Of a DNA stretch of 64,000 nt, positions 1 through 20,149 are shown piece by piece. The notes under the pieces were generated by a model. It was not told the DNA's origin. It was given only the letters and a program-made list of their open reading frames with translations, and did no database searches. The stretch's first letter is position 1. Every line of letters starts with the position of its first letter. This DNA comes from the human T2T-CHM13v2.0 reference genome, Homo sapiens. The stretch lies in assembly GCA_009914755.4 (NCBI GenBank), contig CP068257.2, positions 43,872,001 to 43,936,000 on the forward strand. The letters run 5' to 3'. Both the position numbers and the translations under genes were made by a program.

Positions 1-206
1 AAAAATAAAATAAAAATAAAAAGGCACCATTAACAAAAACATCAGAAAGTATCGGTTAACTAGGAAGAACCTAATTAAATACGCGATCTCTACCGCGAAA
101 TGGCTAGAAGGGCCTCAGGCAAACCCACCAGTGCTGGGGGCTGCAGAGGGAACCCGGCGCTGTCAGACACCACCTCAGCGAGACCCCGCCTGTCTCTCTC
201 TTGCAG

Positions 207-250
207 GGCAGTTTCCGTTTGACTTTCTTCAGTTGGAGGCTGAAATGAAG
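207..250 (+). CDS. COL18A1: COL18A1 exon (collagen XVIII alpha-1), encodes ..(G)[14 protein letters not shown]; acceptor tctctcttgcag|, donor |gtgggt; begins in phase 1
   Basis: Translation matches my memory of the human COL18A1 C-terminal region. Canonical AG/GT boundaries. Reading frame is continuous with the next exon. Confidence 0.8.
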
Positions 251-611
251 GTGGGTGACCTCCCTGTGGGGTTGGGGGCCCCCAAGGTCCTGTACATCCC
301 GCTGGGTGGCTGCTCCCAATTTCTCGCCCCATCCGGCCCAAGCCCCCTTCCTGTTCAGCCCTGCGAGGGGCGCTGGCTCCAGAGGGTGTCGAGGGCGTCC
401 CTCAGGATGTTCCTGTCCCCGGCTCAGTTTTTGGGGGACTCGGCTGATGCAGTGGGAGGTGGGGAGTCGAGCCCTATTCTATGCAGCCAGCAGCTCCCAG
501 GCCTGGGCTCCGGAAGCTTCTGACTGCCCAGCCCTGGCTCGGGGGGATGGGAGGCCACCTGTGGCTTGTAGGGGTTCAGGGCTCCCGTGTAACAAGTGTT
601 TCCGTCCACAG

Positions 612-743
612 GGGGAGAAGGGAGACCGAGGTGATGCAGGACAGAAAGGCGAAAGGGGGGAGCCCGGGGGCGGCGGTTTCTTCGGCTCCAGCCTGCCCGG
701 CCCCCCCGGCCCCCCAGGCCCACGTGGCTACCCTGGGATTCCA
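612..743 (+). CDS. COL18A1: COL18A1 exon, collagenous Gly-X-Y segment [44 protein letters not shown] (44 codons, phase 0)
   Basis: Gly-X-Y periodicity. Acceptor tccgtccacag|, donor CCA|gtaagt. The frame joins the next exon's GPKGES. Confidence 0.88.
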
Positions 744-1320
744 GTAAGTCCCAGCCTGTGCAGGCAGAGCCCATGTCCCAGGGGTCTGGGTGCAGGAGCC
801 GAGGGCAGGTCCAGCCCGGCCTTCGACACCCGCGAAGGCCGGAGCTGCCCCTGCAAGCTCAGCAGCCCCGACATGTCCCTGTCCCCGTGTGGGGACGCAG
901 CAGGCCACATGGGTGTGGGTGCACTGACCCCGGACACCCCCCGTCCCCCTGCAGCGTTCCATGGCCTGCCCTCCTGCTGGGGCCACGTGCATCCACCTCT
1001 GCTCCTGGGCCGGGTCAGGTCAGATCAGGGTTTAGGCCCATCAGTCCTGAAAGACTCCAGAGAGCCATGGGCCCCAGCTACTGCCTGGGGGCCCACACTG
1101 TTGTCAGGTCTCTGCTGGTCTCTCCCCCGGGATCGCACCCCCAGGGAAGAAGGGGTGATGGTGTGGGGGTTTCTCAGGCTATGGCGTGGGCAGGGAGGGG
1201 ACCGGTGACTCAGAGGCTGCGCTCGCCAAGGGGGTCTTGGCAGCTGCAGTCCCACAAGCTTGCCCGCCCCCAGTCCAGGGCACGAGGTAACCAGGAAGCG
1301 TCTCTTGTCGCCGTCCGTAG

Positions 1321-1944
<624 letters not shown>

Positions 1945-2024
1945 TGAAACGGGCATTCCTTCCTTCCGCCCCTGCCCCCCGCCCTCCCCGCCAAGCCCCA
2001 CACCTCTGCATTTGGTCCCAGCAG

Positions 2025-2153
2025 GTGAGGCTCTGGGCTACACGCCAGGCCATGCTGGGCCAGGTGCACGAGGTTCCCGAGGGCTGGCTCATCTTCGTGG
2101 CCGAGCAGGAGGAGCTCTACGTCCGCGTGCAGAACGGGTTCCGGAAGGTCCAG
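2025..2153 (+). CDS. COL18A1: COL18A1 exon [43 protein letters not shown] (NC1 trimerisation/association region)
   Basis: Acceptor cccagcag|GTG, donor CAG|gtgagc. 43 codons matching the remembered COL18A1 NC1 sequence. Confidence 0.9.
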
Positions 2154-3179
2154 GTGAGCGCTCTGTGTGACGGGTTCTGGACCCGTGGAAGGGCCGAAGC
2201 CGCCTCCTGGGGCTTAAGGAAGGCGAGAGGCTCAGGCCCCGGACAGGGATGGGAGCAGGTGGCAGCCAGCGCTTGTTAAACTTTCAAACTTTTGGTAAAG
2301 TTTAGTAAAATACTTTTGTGAGCAGTTTTGGGTTTAAAGAAAAGTGAGCTCAAGCTTCTGAAAGTAGATGAACACATGGCGTGTGAGGGGCTCCTGGTGG
2401 GTCATGTCACAGTGAACGTTTACAAAGATAAATGTCACCTCACACACCCGATAATAAGACAAGGCGCCTGACGGGACGAGGCGGCAGGGGGGCTCAGGCC
2501 CTCCAGGGCCACGTGACGTCCACAGCACGGCCCCGGCTGGGGGGCAGGCTGTCCCGTGGCTCTGCACCCCGCGTTATAAACACCAAGGTGGGATGAAATG
2601 CATCCTCTCTGCTTAGCACGGGCCTTGCTCACCAGCCTGGCTCCTCAGACACACCTGGGATTGCCCCTTCCAGGACAGGCCAGCCCCTTTCCTGCTTTCC
2701 CAAAATGGTCTGGGTGGCAGGAGTGGCCGCTCTGATCCAGGTGGGTGCGGCCATGCTTGCAGGGCCCCGGGAAGGTTTACCTTCGTGTGGCAAAGGTGAG
2801 GACGGGTAGAAGCCCCATGCCACTGAAACGGCCTGTGACATCCGTGGGAGCCTCCATGGCAGAACACTGCACACTGACACAGCCCTGACTCCTGGAGCCC
2901 TCCCACCTTCCAACACACCCACCTTCCTTCTAGAGCCCTCCCACCTTCCCTCTGGAGCCCTCCCACCTTCCCTCTAGCACTCCCTCCCTCTCGCCACCGG
3001 CCCCCTCCTAGGCCTGGCCAGCCCCTGCAGCACCCCAGACAGTGAATCCCACTCCAGTCCCTTCATCTGGCCAGGGAGAGGCTGCCAGTCTCATAGCAGA
3101 TGCTGAGCTGGTGCCCACTGTGTGCCAGGTGTGCTTGTAGGCACCCGGATGCAGCCCCATCCTAACTTTCAGGGGCTTT

Positions 3180-3700
3180 GGTCCTGACAGGAGGAGGCAG
3201 GGGATGGCATCCTAGCAAACGCGTGCTGGGAGGGCTGGGTGCTGGGCAGGGAGGGCAACCTGCTGTGGACTGGGAGGGCTGGGTGCTGGGCAGGGAGGGC
3301 ACCCTCCTGTGGGCTGGGAGGGCCGGGTGTTGGGGAGGGAGAGGCGGGTGCTGGGCAGGGAGGGCACCCTCCTGTGGGCTGGGAGGGCCGGGTGTTGGGG
3401 AGGGAGAGGTGGGTGCTGGGCAGGGAGGGCAACCTGCTGTGGACTGGGAGGGCCGGGTGCTGGGCAGGGAGGGCACCCTCCTGTGGGCTGGCAGGGCCGG
3501 GTGCTGGGCAGGAAGGGCACCCTACTGTGGACTGGGAGGGCCGGGTGCTGGGCAGGGAGCGTACCCTGGCACAGGCTTGGAGGGGCAGGTGCTGGGCAGG
3601 GAGGGCACCCTCCTGTGGGCTGGGAGGGCCAGGTGCTGGGGCGGGAGAGTCGGGTGCTGGGCAGGGAGGGCACCCTGGCTCAGGCCCAGCCGCAGGTCCT
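3180..3700. repeat. 44-bp minisatellite (tgggctgggagggccgggtgctgggcagggagggcaccctcctg)n, about 12 copies, COL18A1 intron
   Basis: Periodic repeat seen. Source of the repetitive artefact ORFs at 3162-3762. Confidence 0.9.
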
Positions 3701-3725
3701 GGGTGACCCTGCTGCTTTCTTCCAG

Positions 3726-3758
3726 CTGGAGGCCCGGACGCCACTCCCACGAGGGACG
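3726..3758 (+). CDS. COL18A1: COL18A1 micro-exon LEARTPLPRGT (11 codons)
   Basis: Acceptor ctgctttcttccag|, donor ACG|gtaagg. In frame with both flanking exons. Confidence 0.85.
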
Positions 3759-4127
3759 GTAAGGAGCCTTTTTTCTGTTGAGACTGGTGGGTGGTCAGGA
3801 CATGAGGGGGTATGTGCTGTCCCCTGTTTGAGGAACAACACGTGGTCCTTTGGAGTCCTGGAGCTGAACATGTGGCTCACCATCAGCCCCTGCTGCAGAA
3901 ACTGGTGCAGGACACCCCACTACCTCTGTCTCAGCGCTGGCCCCCCAGTACCTCCGTCTCAGCTGCTGGCCTCACGAGGGAGCCCCTCTCATCCCTCAAC
4001 TTTCCCAGTTGTGTCTGCCGCTCATTGCCCTCCTCAAGGTCAAAATCCTTGGGGCCAAAATCCACATCTTGTGTCTTTGCCTTCCCTCACCCAAAGTGCC
4101 AGACACAAGAATGGATATCTCTAAGAG

Positions 4128-4722
4128 TGGTGGGTGACTGGGTGGGTGAATCAATGGGGAGGTGGATGGATGGATGGGTGGATGGAGAGGTGGGTGAGTG
4201 GATACGTAGGTAGATGGGGAGGTGGATGGATGAGTAGATGGTGGACAGGTGGGTGAGTGGATGGATGGTGGTCAGGCGGGTGAGTGGACGGGTGGGTGGG
4301 TGGATGGAAAGGTGGGTGAGTGGATAGGTAGGTAGCTGGGGAGATGGATGGATGGTGGACAGGTGGGTGAGTGTATGAATGGGTGGGTGGATAGTGGGTA
4401 AGTGGGTGAGTGGATGGTGGACAGGTGGGTGAGTGGATGGGTAGGTAGATGGGGAGGTGGATGGGTGGTTGCTGGACAGGTGGGTGAGTGGATAGATGGG
4501 CAGATGGATGGTGGACAAGTGGGTGAGTGGATGGGTGGATGGATGGTGGGCAGATGGATGGTGGATAGGTAGATGAGTGGATGAATGGGTGGATGGATGG
4601 TGGGTAAGTGGGTGAGTGGATGGGTGGATGGACAGGTGGGTGAGTGGATGGGTGGGTGGATGGATGGTGGGTAAGTGGGTTAGTGGATGGGTGGGTGGAT
4701 GGATGGGTAGAAATATTTTCGT
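4128..4722. repeat. GGAT/GGGT-rich simple tandem repeat (gtgggtgagtggatgg-like 16-bp units), COL18A1 intron
   Basis: Low-complexity periodicity seen. The minus-strand [18 protein letters not shown]... is its translation artefact. Confidence 0.9.
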
Positions 4723-5316
4723 TTTCCTAAGTGTTGCGTCCAGCTGCTGTCGGCCCCTCCTTGAGTAGAGGTCATGATTCCTTAATTGGCTCAGGAGTGA
4801 GGCCTGATGTGGAGCAGTGTCAGGGGCTCCACAGCGGCCTGTCTCCTCACAGGGTTCAGCCCAGTCTGCTCTCACTCATTTGCTGATTCATTCTTTCATT
4901 CAGCCAGTCAATAGTCATGGCCCCTCCTGTGTGCCGGGTGGCCATGGATATTGCCCTGGGTAACACACAGCCTGGCCCTGTGGAGCAGACAGTGGGGACA
5001 GCCATGTGGACAGGGTGCAGGTGGATGGCAATGGCAGCTGGGTCAGGAGGGGCTGAGGGCCGTGGGGAAAGGTGCAGAATCAATAGGGGCATCCGGACTG
5101 GGGTGCAGGCCTGGGGGCTGGGATTTCTAGGGTGGAGGTCACCTCTGAGGGAGACAGAGCAAGGCCCTGGGAGATTAGAAGGTCGAAGGTCGCCGTGTTG
5201 AGGTCAGGGGCCCTGAATTGGAGCCGCGGCAAAGGAGAGGGCAGGTCAGGGCACGTGGTGAGTGATTGCTGCGGCTTCTGAGCACGGCTGGGTCTGTGGG
5301 GCCTGAGCAGAGGTGA

Positions 5317-6048
<732 letters not shown>

Positions 6049-6051
6049 TGA

Positions 6052-6471
<420 letters not shown>

Positions 6472-6747
6472 TGACCTCTGGGGTGAACTCCCAGCGGGGA
6501 GCTCCCCTCTAGGGCCTCTGGAGGCCACCATGTTACAGACACTGGCGCCTAGGCTGGCGACTTCAGGGCAGGCTCCGGGTGGGTCACACCCCTCCAGGCT
6601 CAGGCCAGGCCTCTGCATCCCTGGGCACTGCCACCTCCCCCAGGGCATCCCATGAGGCCCCCCTGTGGCCCCTTGACCCCCCGCTCCCCCGGCAGTGCCC
6701 CTCAGAGGGTCCCATGCTGCTGGACCAAGTGTCCACACAGGTGATAG

Positions 6748-7338
<591 letters not shown>

Positions 7339-8278
7339 TAGGTTCCCAGTGCCGTGTGAGCAGCTCTGAGAGCCCCAGCCAGGGAAGGCGGGCGGGCGGG
7401 CTCCTATCTGCAGTTTCCCCCCGAGTTTTTGGACAAATCTTATACATGCTCATTACTTTAAAATTACAAAATCCAAAAGAGCATTGAGAAAAATGAGAAC
7501 TGCTCTGAGAAGTCATCATTAGCAATGCGTTTGAGAGCCAGGTAGTTGTAAGAAGGCCCCGAAGGTGCCCCCGGCCCTCTGCTCATGGCGGATAGACTCC
7601 ATGTCTCCCGGATGTCACCAAGCCTGTGGTCAGCCATGTAAGCAGCGCAGCGAGTTTATTCACCGAGAATAAACTCCTCAAAGGGCAACACGGAGTCCGA
7701 GCATGTGTGCCCTTAAAATGTTGACAGAAATTTCCAGGGTATCTAGAAGAACGCTTCGTCCCAAATGTCGCTGTGCCCTCCCCACGTGAGCGCCGCGATT
7801 CTTCCAACACTCATGCATTTAGGGGTGTCTCGGGGTGCCACACAGCGTGTCCCCAGCAGTGCCTGGCCATCTGCTGTAACGGAGATGCACCTGCCAAGGG
7901 TCTCTGACAGGAGTGCTGTGGGCAGGGCTGGGCCCCAGGGAAGGCCTGAAAGCCAGGAGCCCGGGAGGCGGAGCTGGTTCCTAGCGAGGCAGCCACAGGA
8001 AGCCTCTGCTCAGCAGGCATGAGGGCCAGGTTCACCCAGCCAGGCCAAGCCCTGGCCCCTCTCCCCTCTGCCGTGGGTGTGTCTGGCAGAAGCAGCATGG
8101 GGGGCAGTCTGGGAGATGCAGCCCCCTCCACAGGCAGCCAGCAGGGAGGCCATGTGGCCCTCCAGGTTGTGGGAGCCTCTGCAGCCCCCTGGTAACCCCA
8201 GGGCTGGCCTCCTGCCTCCACCTTTCCTGCCCGGGGAGCGGCCTCTGCCCTAAGCAGAGCAGGTCTGGGTTTGACTGA

Positions 8279-8509
<231 letters not shown>

Positions 8510-8655
8510 CCACCGCCTGGATGCGGATGGCCGGAGAGGACCGGCGGCTCGGAGGAAGCCCCCACCGTGGGCAGGGAGCGGCCGGCCAGCCCCTGGCCCC
8601 AGGACCTGGCTGCCATACTTTCCTGTATAGTTCACGTTTCATGTAATCCTCAAGA

Positions 8656-8661
8656 AATAAA
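8656..8661 (+). terminator. COL18A1: Candidate proximal polyadenylation signal AATAAA, about 150 nt after the COL18A1 stop
   Basis: Hexamer seen, followed by a T-rich stretch (gtgtattttttt). Confidence 0.3.
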
Positions 8662-9807
8662 AGGAAGCCAAAGAGTGTATTTTTTTAAAAGTTTAAAACA
8701 GAAGCCTGATGCTGACATTCACCTGCCCCAACTCTCCCCTGACCTGTGAGCCCAGCTGGGTCAGGCAGGGTGCAGTATCATGCCCTGTGCAACCTCTTGG
8801 CCTGATCAGACCACCGCTCGATTTCTCCAGGATTTCCTGCTTTGGGAAGCCGTGCTCGCCCCAGCAGGTGCTGACTTCATCTCCCACCTAGCAGCACCGT
8901 TCTGTGCACAAAACCCAGACCTGTTAGCAGACAGGCCCCGTGAGGCAATGGGAGCTGAGGCCACACTCAGCACAAGGCCATCTGGGCTCCTCCAGGGTGT
9001 GTGCTCGCCCTGCGGTAGATGGGAGGGAGGCTCAGGTCCCTGGGGCTAGGGGGAGCCCCTTCTGCTCAGCTCTGGGCCATTCTCCACAGCAACCCCAGGC
9101 TGAAGCAGGTTCCCAAGCTCAGAGGCGCACTGTGACCCCCAGCTCCGGCCTGTCCTCCAACACCAAGCACAGCAGCCTGGGGCTGGCCTCCCAAATGAGC
9201 CATGAGATGATACATCCAAAGCAGACAGCTCCACCCTGGCCGAGTCCAAGCTGGGAGATTCAAGGGACCCATGAGTTGGGGTCTGGCAGCCTCCCATCCA
9301 GGGCCCCCATCTCATGCCCCTGGCTGGGACGTGGCTCAGCCAGCACTTGTCCAGCTGAGCGCCAGGATGGAACACGGCCACATCAAAGAGGCTGAGGCTG
9401 GCACAGGACATGCGGTAGCCAGCACACAGGGCAGTGAGGGAGGGCTGTCATCTGTGCACTGCCCATGGACAGGCTGGCTCCAGATGCAGGGCAGTCATTG
9501 GCTGTCTCCTAGGAAACCCATATCCTTACCCTCCTTGGGACTGAAGGGGAACCCCGGGGTGCCCACAGGCCGCCCTGCGGGTGAACAAAGCAGCCACGAG
9601 GTGCAACAAGGTCCTCTGTCAGTCACAGCCACCCCTGAGATCCGGCAACATCAACCCGAGTCATTCGTTCTGTGGAGGGACAAGTGGACTCAGGGCAGCG
9701 CCAGGCTGACCACAGCACAGCCAACACGCACCTGCCTCAGGACTGCGACGAAACCGGTGGGGCTGGTTCTGTAATTGTGTGTGATGTGAAGCCAATTCAG
9801 ACAGGCA

Positions 9808-9813
9808 AATAAA
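9808..9813 (+). terminator. COL18A1: Candidate distal polyadenylation signal AATAAA for COL18A1
   Basis: Hexamer seen in sequence about 1.3 kb past the stop codon. Followed by a T-rich stretch (tgacctttt). Confidence 0.45.
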
Positions 9814-10819
9814 AGTGACCTTTTACACTGACTCTTGGTTTGCAAGCAGCCTTCACTGTCACAGGAAGGACACAATTCTCCAAAAGGAGTTCTCAGGAGT
9901 CTTTTATCCCTGGACTGCCCCACTGGCAGATCCCGAGTGTGCACAGGCACGCACGGTTACATGGGGTATGCATGCATGGCCATACACAGGCGTGCAGTTG
10001 TACACAGGTGTGCAGGAGCATCCATAGTGTGCACAGGTACACAGGCATGCACGGGTGTGTGGACACACACCAACACTCTTAGGTCTCTCCTCACAGCAGG
10101 ACCTGACTTGCTCCCAGCAACACTACATCCTGACAGCCATCCCTGTCCTGGTGGACGGGTGAGTGCAGGACTCAGAGGCAGGCAGGCAGTGGGTGCAGTG
10201 AGCAGGCTGCGGAGGGAGCAGGCCCTCAGGTTGGGGAGGCGCTGGGAGGAGGATTCTGATGGCGGTGTGGGCCTCCCCAGTGACGCTCTAGCCCATGGCA
10301 CAGGCCCAGCCCACCTCCACCCATCACATCCTGCTAGATCTACGAGCCCAGGAAATGGCTGGTGCAGACCCCCCCCCCAAGCAGGGTCCCCAGGGTGGCC
10401 ATGACAGAGCCCCTGGATGCACCTGGGACCATGGCCCTGTCTGACTGGCACCATCCACTGACTCGGGCCATCTTCCACGTGCAGCCTCTGCCTCAACCCA
10501 GGGTACCCCAAGATGCCTGCTCCCCTGAGCCACCTCGGGAGACCCCTGGGTCCAGCAGCTCCAGCAGCCCCTCCCCAGCCAGAGATTCTCTCCCCAGCTC
10601 TCCGTGCTGAGCAGCCAGCCATTCACCTGGGGCCGCTGAGATGTGGCAGAGGCCCCACAGGATAGGGCCGTTGACTAGGGTTGTGGGGGTGCTCAGCTCA
10701 TGGGCACCAAGGCCCTGCGTGGGCTGGAGGCGGGAGAAGGCTGGGACGCCTCTCCTGGCCTCCTCACTGACTGCTGACCCTCAACCCCCAGGCCAGGCCG
10801 GCCCTGAATCAGAAGCCCT

Positions 10820-11769
10820 GCGCACACTCACTTAAGTGTGTTTAATGTATGTGGGAAGAGTATTCACATCACATCAGATGGTCCCGCACCTGTGGGCAAG
10901 GCACTAGCGCTCCTTAGACCCTGAGGCCGCTGGGACGTACTTCCCCAGCGCCCACCACAAAGGCAGCCCCCCCAAGGCTGCCCAGCCCAGGCAAGCCTGG
11001 CACATACCAAGGCCAGCACGTCCGCGGTGACCGGGACCAGTCCCCTCCGGGCTGGCACAAGTGTGGGAGCAGCTGAGGACCCGCAGGTCAGGATGGACAC
11101 ACTTCAGAAGGACAGACAGGACCATGGAGGGCTGCCCTTAGGGTGGGAGAGAGGAACCAGCTCCGAGGACCAGAGCCGCTGCTCCCCTCTGATGACAATG
11201 TGTCTGCCGCCAACCTGAGATGGCTTTTCCACAGAGACAGAGAAGCCACATGCAGTTCTTCATTCTACGTCAGTTAAAAAAAAAAAAAGCATCTTTCAAA
11301 AAAGCAAGAGCACCAAGGATGACCAGCAATGTCACAGCTCAGCTACACCTGAGGGTCCCGGCTCCCACCCTGCCCTAGAGGGCTCACAACTCCTGTGGGG
11401 CCAGTGTCCCCTGAGCTGGTATCCAAGAGGCCACTTCACTAGCCCTGGGGGGCAGAAAGGATTTGTCTCAAGCCCCCCAAGGGGCATGAGCCAGTGAGGC
11501 CTGGTGGACGCAGAAGCCCACCACCCACCTCTTCCAGCAACAAAGCCCGCGGGGCACAGTGCAGGGACAGCATGGCCAGGCAGCTGCCCTGAGTGTCGCC
11601 AGCACGCTGTGGCCACCGCCAGAGTGCGGCACAGGGCAGGGGGAATCCTAGGGGGCCTGCTAGCAGGATAAGCGGAGGCCCCCATTGCTAAGGCAGGCGG
11701 CCCTCGAGGCAGGGGTCGTGGGGATGCACTGAGGGCCGCCTGCAAAGTTACCACAGGGGCGCCCGAGAG
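10820..11769 (-). other. SLC19A1: SLC19A1 3'UTR (extent inferred)
   Basis: Downstream of the stop codon on the minus strand. The end is placed at the ATTAAA variant signal (plus 10841-10846). Roughly 1 kb is consistent with the transcript size I recall, which is unverified. Confidence 0.4.
10841..10846 (-). terminator. SLC19A1: Candidate SLC19A1 polyadenylation signal ATTAAA (minus strand)
   Basis: Plus-strand tttaat seen. It is the only A(A/T)TAAA-type hexamer near the expected 3' end of the gene. Confidence 0.35.
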
Positions 11770-12252
11770 TCACTGGTTCACATTCTGAACACCGTCGCTT
11801 GGAAGACACTGCAAACCCAGCTTGCTGACACCAGGAGGATGGACAGCCAGCTGGGGACAAGTCTCATCTGCAGCCTCAGGGCCTGAGGCTTGGGCGGAGC
11901 ACAGAGTGCAGGGGGAAGGGGTTGTCACTGGGCTCAGGAATTCAGCTGCCTGCGGGGCCGGGGCCTGGGCCAGGTATGGGTCGCTCTGTCTCTGCTCCAG
12001 GGAGGCTGGCCCCACAGCCCCCAGGCTGTCTTCTGGGGAAAGCGGCGGGCTCTGGGCTGGCTGCAGGCCTCCGAGGCCCTTGTCCTGCACGCTCAGTGCC
12101 TGTGCTGCCTTCTCCTCCGCGGCACTCCTCAGGCCCTGGGCCGGGGGCTGCCGCGGGTGGTGGCCCCGCTGGCAGTGCCGCAGGCCATCCAGCATGGCCC
12201 CCAAGAAGTAGATGATGGACAGGATCAGGAAGTACACGGAGTATAACTGGAA
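11770..12252 (-). CDS. SLC19A1: SLC19A1 terminal coding exon: FQLYSVYFLILSIIYFLGAMLDGLRHCQRGHHPRQPPAQGLRSAAEEKAAQ...LQCLPSDGVQNVNQ*, stop at 11772-11770
   Basis: Acceptor ctctctttccag|TTCCAG. 160 codons plus stop. The five CDS segments sum to 1776 nt, which is 591 aa plus stop, as expected for RFC1. Confidence 0.92.
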   Translation of the reverse strand, partial: FQLYSVYFLILSIIYFLGAMLDGLRHCQRGHHPRQPPAQGLRSAAEEKAAQALSVQDKGLGGLQPAQSPPLSPEDSLGAVGPASLEQRQSDPYLAQAPAPQAAEFLSPVTTPSPCTLCSAQASGPEAADETCPQLAVHPPGVSKLGLQCLPSDGVQNVNQ

Positions 12253-14049
12253 CTGGAAAGAGAGGCCGGGTGAGGCGGGTGGGGAGGGCCTGGCTGGGAC
12301 ACTGGCACCCTACACCCCGACGCCTGCTCCCAGGCTCACCCTCCTCCAGCTCAGAGGCTGACCCTGAACACTGCACAGCGGTCAGAGGCCAGCCCCAGGA
12401 GCAGGTGCCACAGTGCTCACCACAGCCCCCCCGACCTCCACCACCTGGCACAGGCCTGAAGGGGGGTTCCCACCATTTCCCAAGAACCCCTCGGAACCTG
12501 GCAGGTGGCCTGCTTCTGCGTGGCCTGCGGTGTCTGCTCCCGAGTCCCCTGCTTGGTGGTGCTTGCTGCCCCCCCATGGTGCTGAGACAGCGGAAGGGTG
12601 CCCATGAGGGCCAGAACGTCCCGCCTGGCAGAGCAGGGTGAGGAGAGCCACAGCAGGTGACCAGGAGCTGATCCCCAGGGCTTCGCGCCCAGAGCAACCC
12701 CCAGCAGCCTGCACATGGAGCCCGTCTCCATCTCGGCAGCGGAAGCTGTGCTACGATGACCAGAAGGAGCAGCACCAGCATTGGCCACATCTCTCCTGAT
12801 TCTCGCAGCTGCCAGGGGCAGGAGGGACTGGAGATGTCCCTGGGACACCAGGGAGGGACCTGATCATTCCCGGAGGTGCAGAGGGTTCAGGAGGCTGCAG
12901 TGCCCTCAGGACATCCGTGGGCAGAGCCCAGTGAGTCCCGCCCAAGACCCCTGAGGCCCCAGCTCCACATCCGCAGGCCAGAATCCCTGCAGCCCATCGG
13001 CACCGGCACCCTTCCAGGACAGCTGTTTTTAAAGCAAACTGAGGAAGATGGGGCTGACACGCTTCTCCCTGCTCTTCTCCTACCCAAGACACTGAGATAA
13101 ACACCTGGGAAGACTCTGAAAGCAGGAGCGAGGAGGACAGACTGACCAGGCCCTCGGGGTCTGGGGAGCTGTGCCACACAAGGGCAGACTGGCCGGGCCC
13201 TCGGGGTCTGGGGAGCTGTGCCACGCAAGGACAGACTGTGCCACGCAGAGCTCCCTGGGGGCTTTTCTTTTCACCTCAGATATTTTGAAACTGAAGAAGG
13301 CAGCAGGCTGGAAAAGACAACAGATGCAGAAAAAAGAGCCCATGGAAGCAGCTCTCTCTGGCCTAAGACCCAGGGAAGGGTCAGCCCAACATGAGGAAAG
13401 ACCTTTCGACAGGAATCGCCCTGCTCCCCGCAAACACCAGACCTCGGCTCCACCCACCATGTCAGCAAGGACCCCCTACCCTCACCAGCCTGTAACAAGG
13501 ACCCCCGAGTCCCCTGCGGGGTGGTGTCAGACAACACCAGTGGGCACTAGAGCTTTCACTCCCACTGGTTGGTAAAGACACCCACCCTCACCCCCAAGGA
13601 GTCAGCAGAGACCACAGGGAAGCCCAAGATGTCACCCCCAAAGCCTCATGGAGTCAGTGGAGACCATGTGGGGAGCCTAGTCACCCCCGAAGCCTCACGG
13701 AGTCAGCAGAGACCATATGGGGAGCCTGGCCTCTTATCCTCACCCAGTAGTAAGAGCGTGCCTGTCCTGTCCCCCTCCATGCTGGGGGGTGTCAGAGGAG
13801 GTCAAGCGGGAGTCCAGACTTTCACCTACCCAGCAATAATGAGAATGTCCCAACCCCAGGGGCATCAAGGGGGCCACGAGGGGAGCTGGACTCCCATCCT
13901 TGCCTGGCAACAAGAAGGAGCCCCCACCCAGCCACCCACCCTCCCTCAGGTGTCACAAAGGCTGAGTGAGAGCCTGGACTTCCACCCCACCTGCCTGTAG
14001 CGAGGTGCACACCCCGCTTGACCTGCAGGAGTTGCGTCAGCCACAACAG

Positions 14050-19190
<5,141 letters not shown>

Positions 19191-20149
19191 AGCTCTAGCC
19201 CTGTCTGTCCCCCCATGCTCCATCACGGCTCCCTCCCGTCTCCAGACTCTACCCCCGACCAAGCCTGAACTCCTGGCCCAGCTGTTCTCCCCATGCTGGA
19301 GGAAAGAGAGTGGACACTCGGCACCCAGTAACAGGCACGGGGGCAAGATGAGCCCGCACCACCTCCTCTAGACCCAACAGGATGTCCAGCCATGAGCAAA
19401 ATGCCCCACTAGTTAACTTTTTAACCTAGAAATCAAACCAGCCAGAGAAAAGTCCATGTGTTTTTTTTCTATGTGACAAGAGGCAGCCAGGAACCACAGG
19501 CCAGAACCTGCCTCCACCTCCCCAGAGCTGTCTCCCCCACAGCCTCCACGGCCACACCAGGACCAGGACCAGCTAAGGAAGGGAAAGGGCTTCCTCGTGA
19601 CCAGCTCTCTGGGGAAGAACTGCTCCACCCCCTGCACCAAGCCCCCATGGGCCCTTAGAAGCCCACCGTGAGGGGTCCCCTCCACAGGGCAGCTACAGGG
19701 GAGCACACGCACAGAGTCCCTAAAGAGCCCTCAGGCATCTGCCCCTCCAGCTGCCAAGGGCTGAACAAGAGGCAGTCACAGAGGGATGGAGGTGGGGCGG
19801 CAACGGTAGTCAGGGGCAGTCAGCACCCAGAGGCAGGTCAGAAGCCAGTTCCAGCCTGGCTGGGGCCACACAGGGCCCTGAGGGTCTCCCTGGGACGGGC
19901 ACTCCCTGCCCATACATGCTGGCAGCCACTGCTGTCTGGGGACAGAGGTAACTCGGGGCTCCAAGAATGGGGAGGACCTCCTCCCGGGTGCTGGAGCCCC
20001 TCCAAAGCCAGCTGGACTGCTGCCAGCACCCCGCCCTGGGGCCATGCATTCAACAGAAGCCTTCTGGGCCCCCTTTCTGCAGACCTGAGACCAGCCCGGC
20101 CACCAGGAGGCTGTGTCCACCCAGGCCGGGCCTGGACACATTCACCCGT

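Larger units (their letters stand above)
8510..9830 (+). other. COL18A1: COL18A1 3'UTR. The distal end is inferred from the AATAAA at 9808-9813. A proximal AATAAA at 8656-8661 could give a short-UTR isoform.
   Basis: No ORF continuity after TAG. Two canonical AATAAA hexamers lie downstream. About 1.3 kb agrees with my recollection of the UTR length, which is unverified. Confidence 0.5.

Noticed and set aside
1-30. A-rich (AAAAT)n stretch at the window start
   Set aside because: Probably the tail of an Alu or L1 lying upstream of the window. It cannot be classified without the upstream sequence.
3162-3762. Overlapping ORFs on both strands with repetitive PCPAP/GREGTLLWAGRAGCW peptides
   Set aside because: Translation of the 44-bp minisatellite in a COL18A1 intron.
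4087-4875. 262-aa minus-strand ORF rich in [15 protein letters not shown]
   Set aside because: Translation of the GGAT/GGGT simple repeat; not coding.
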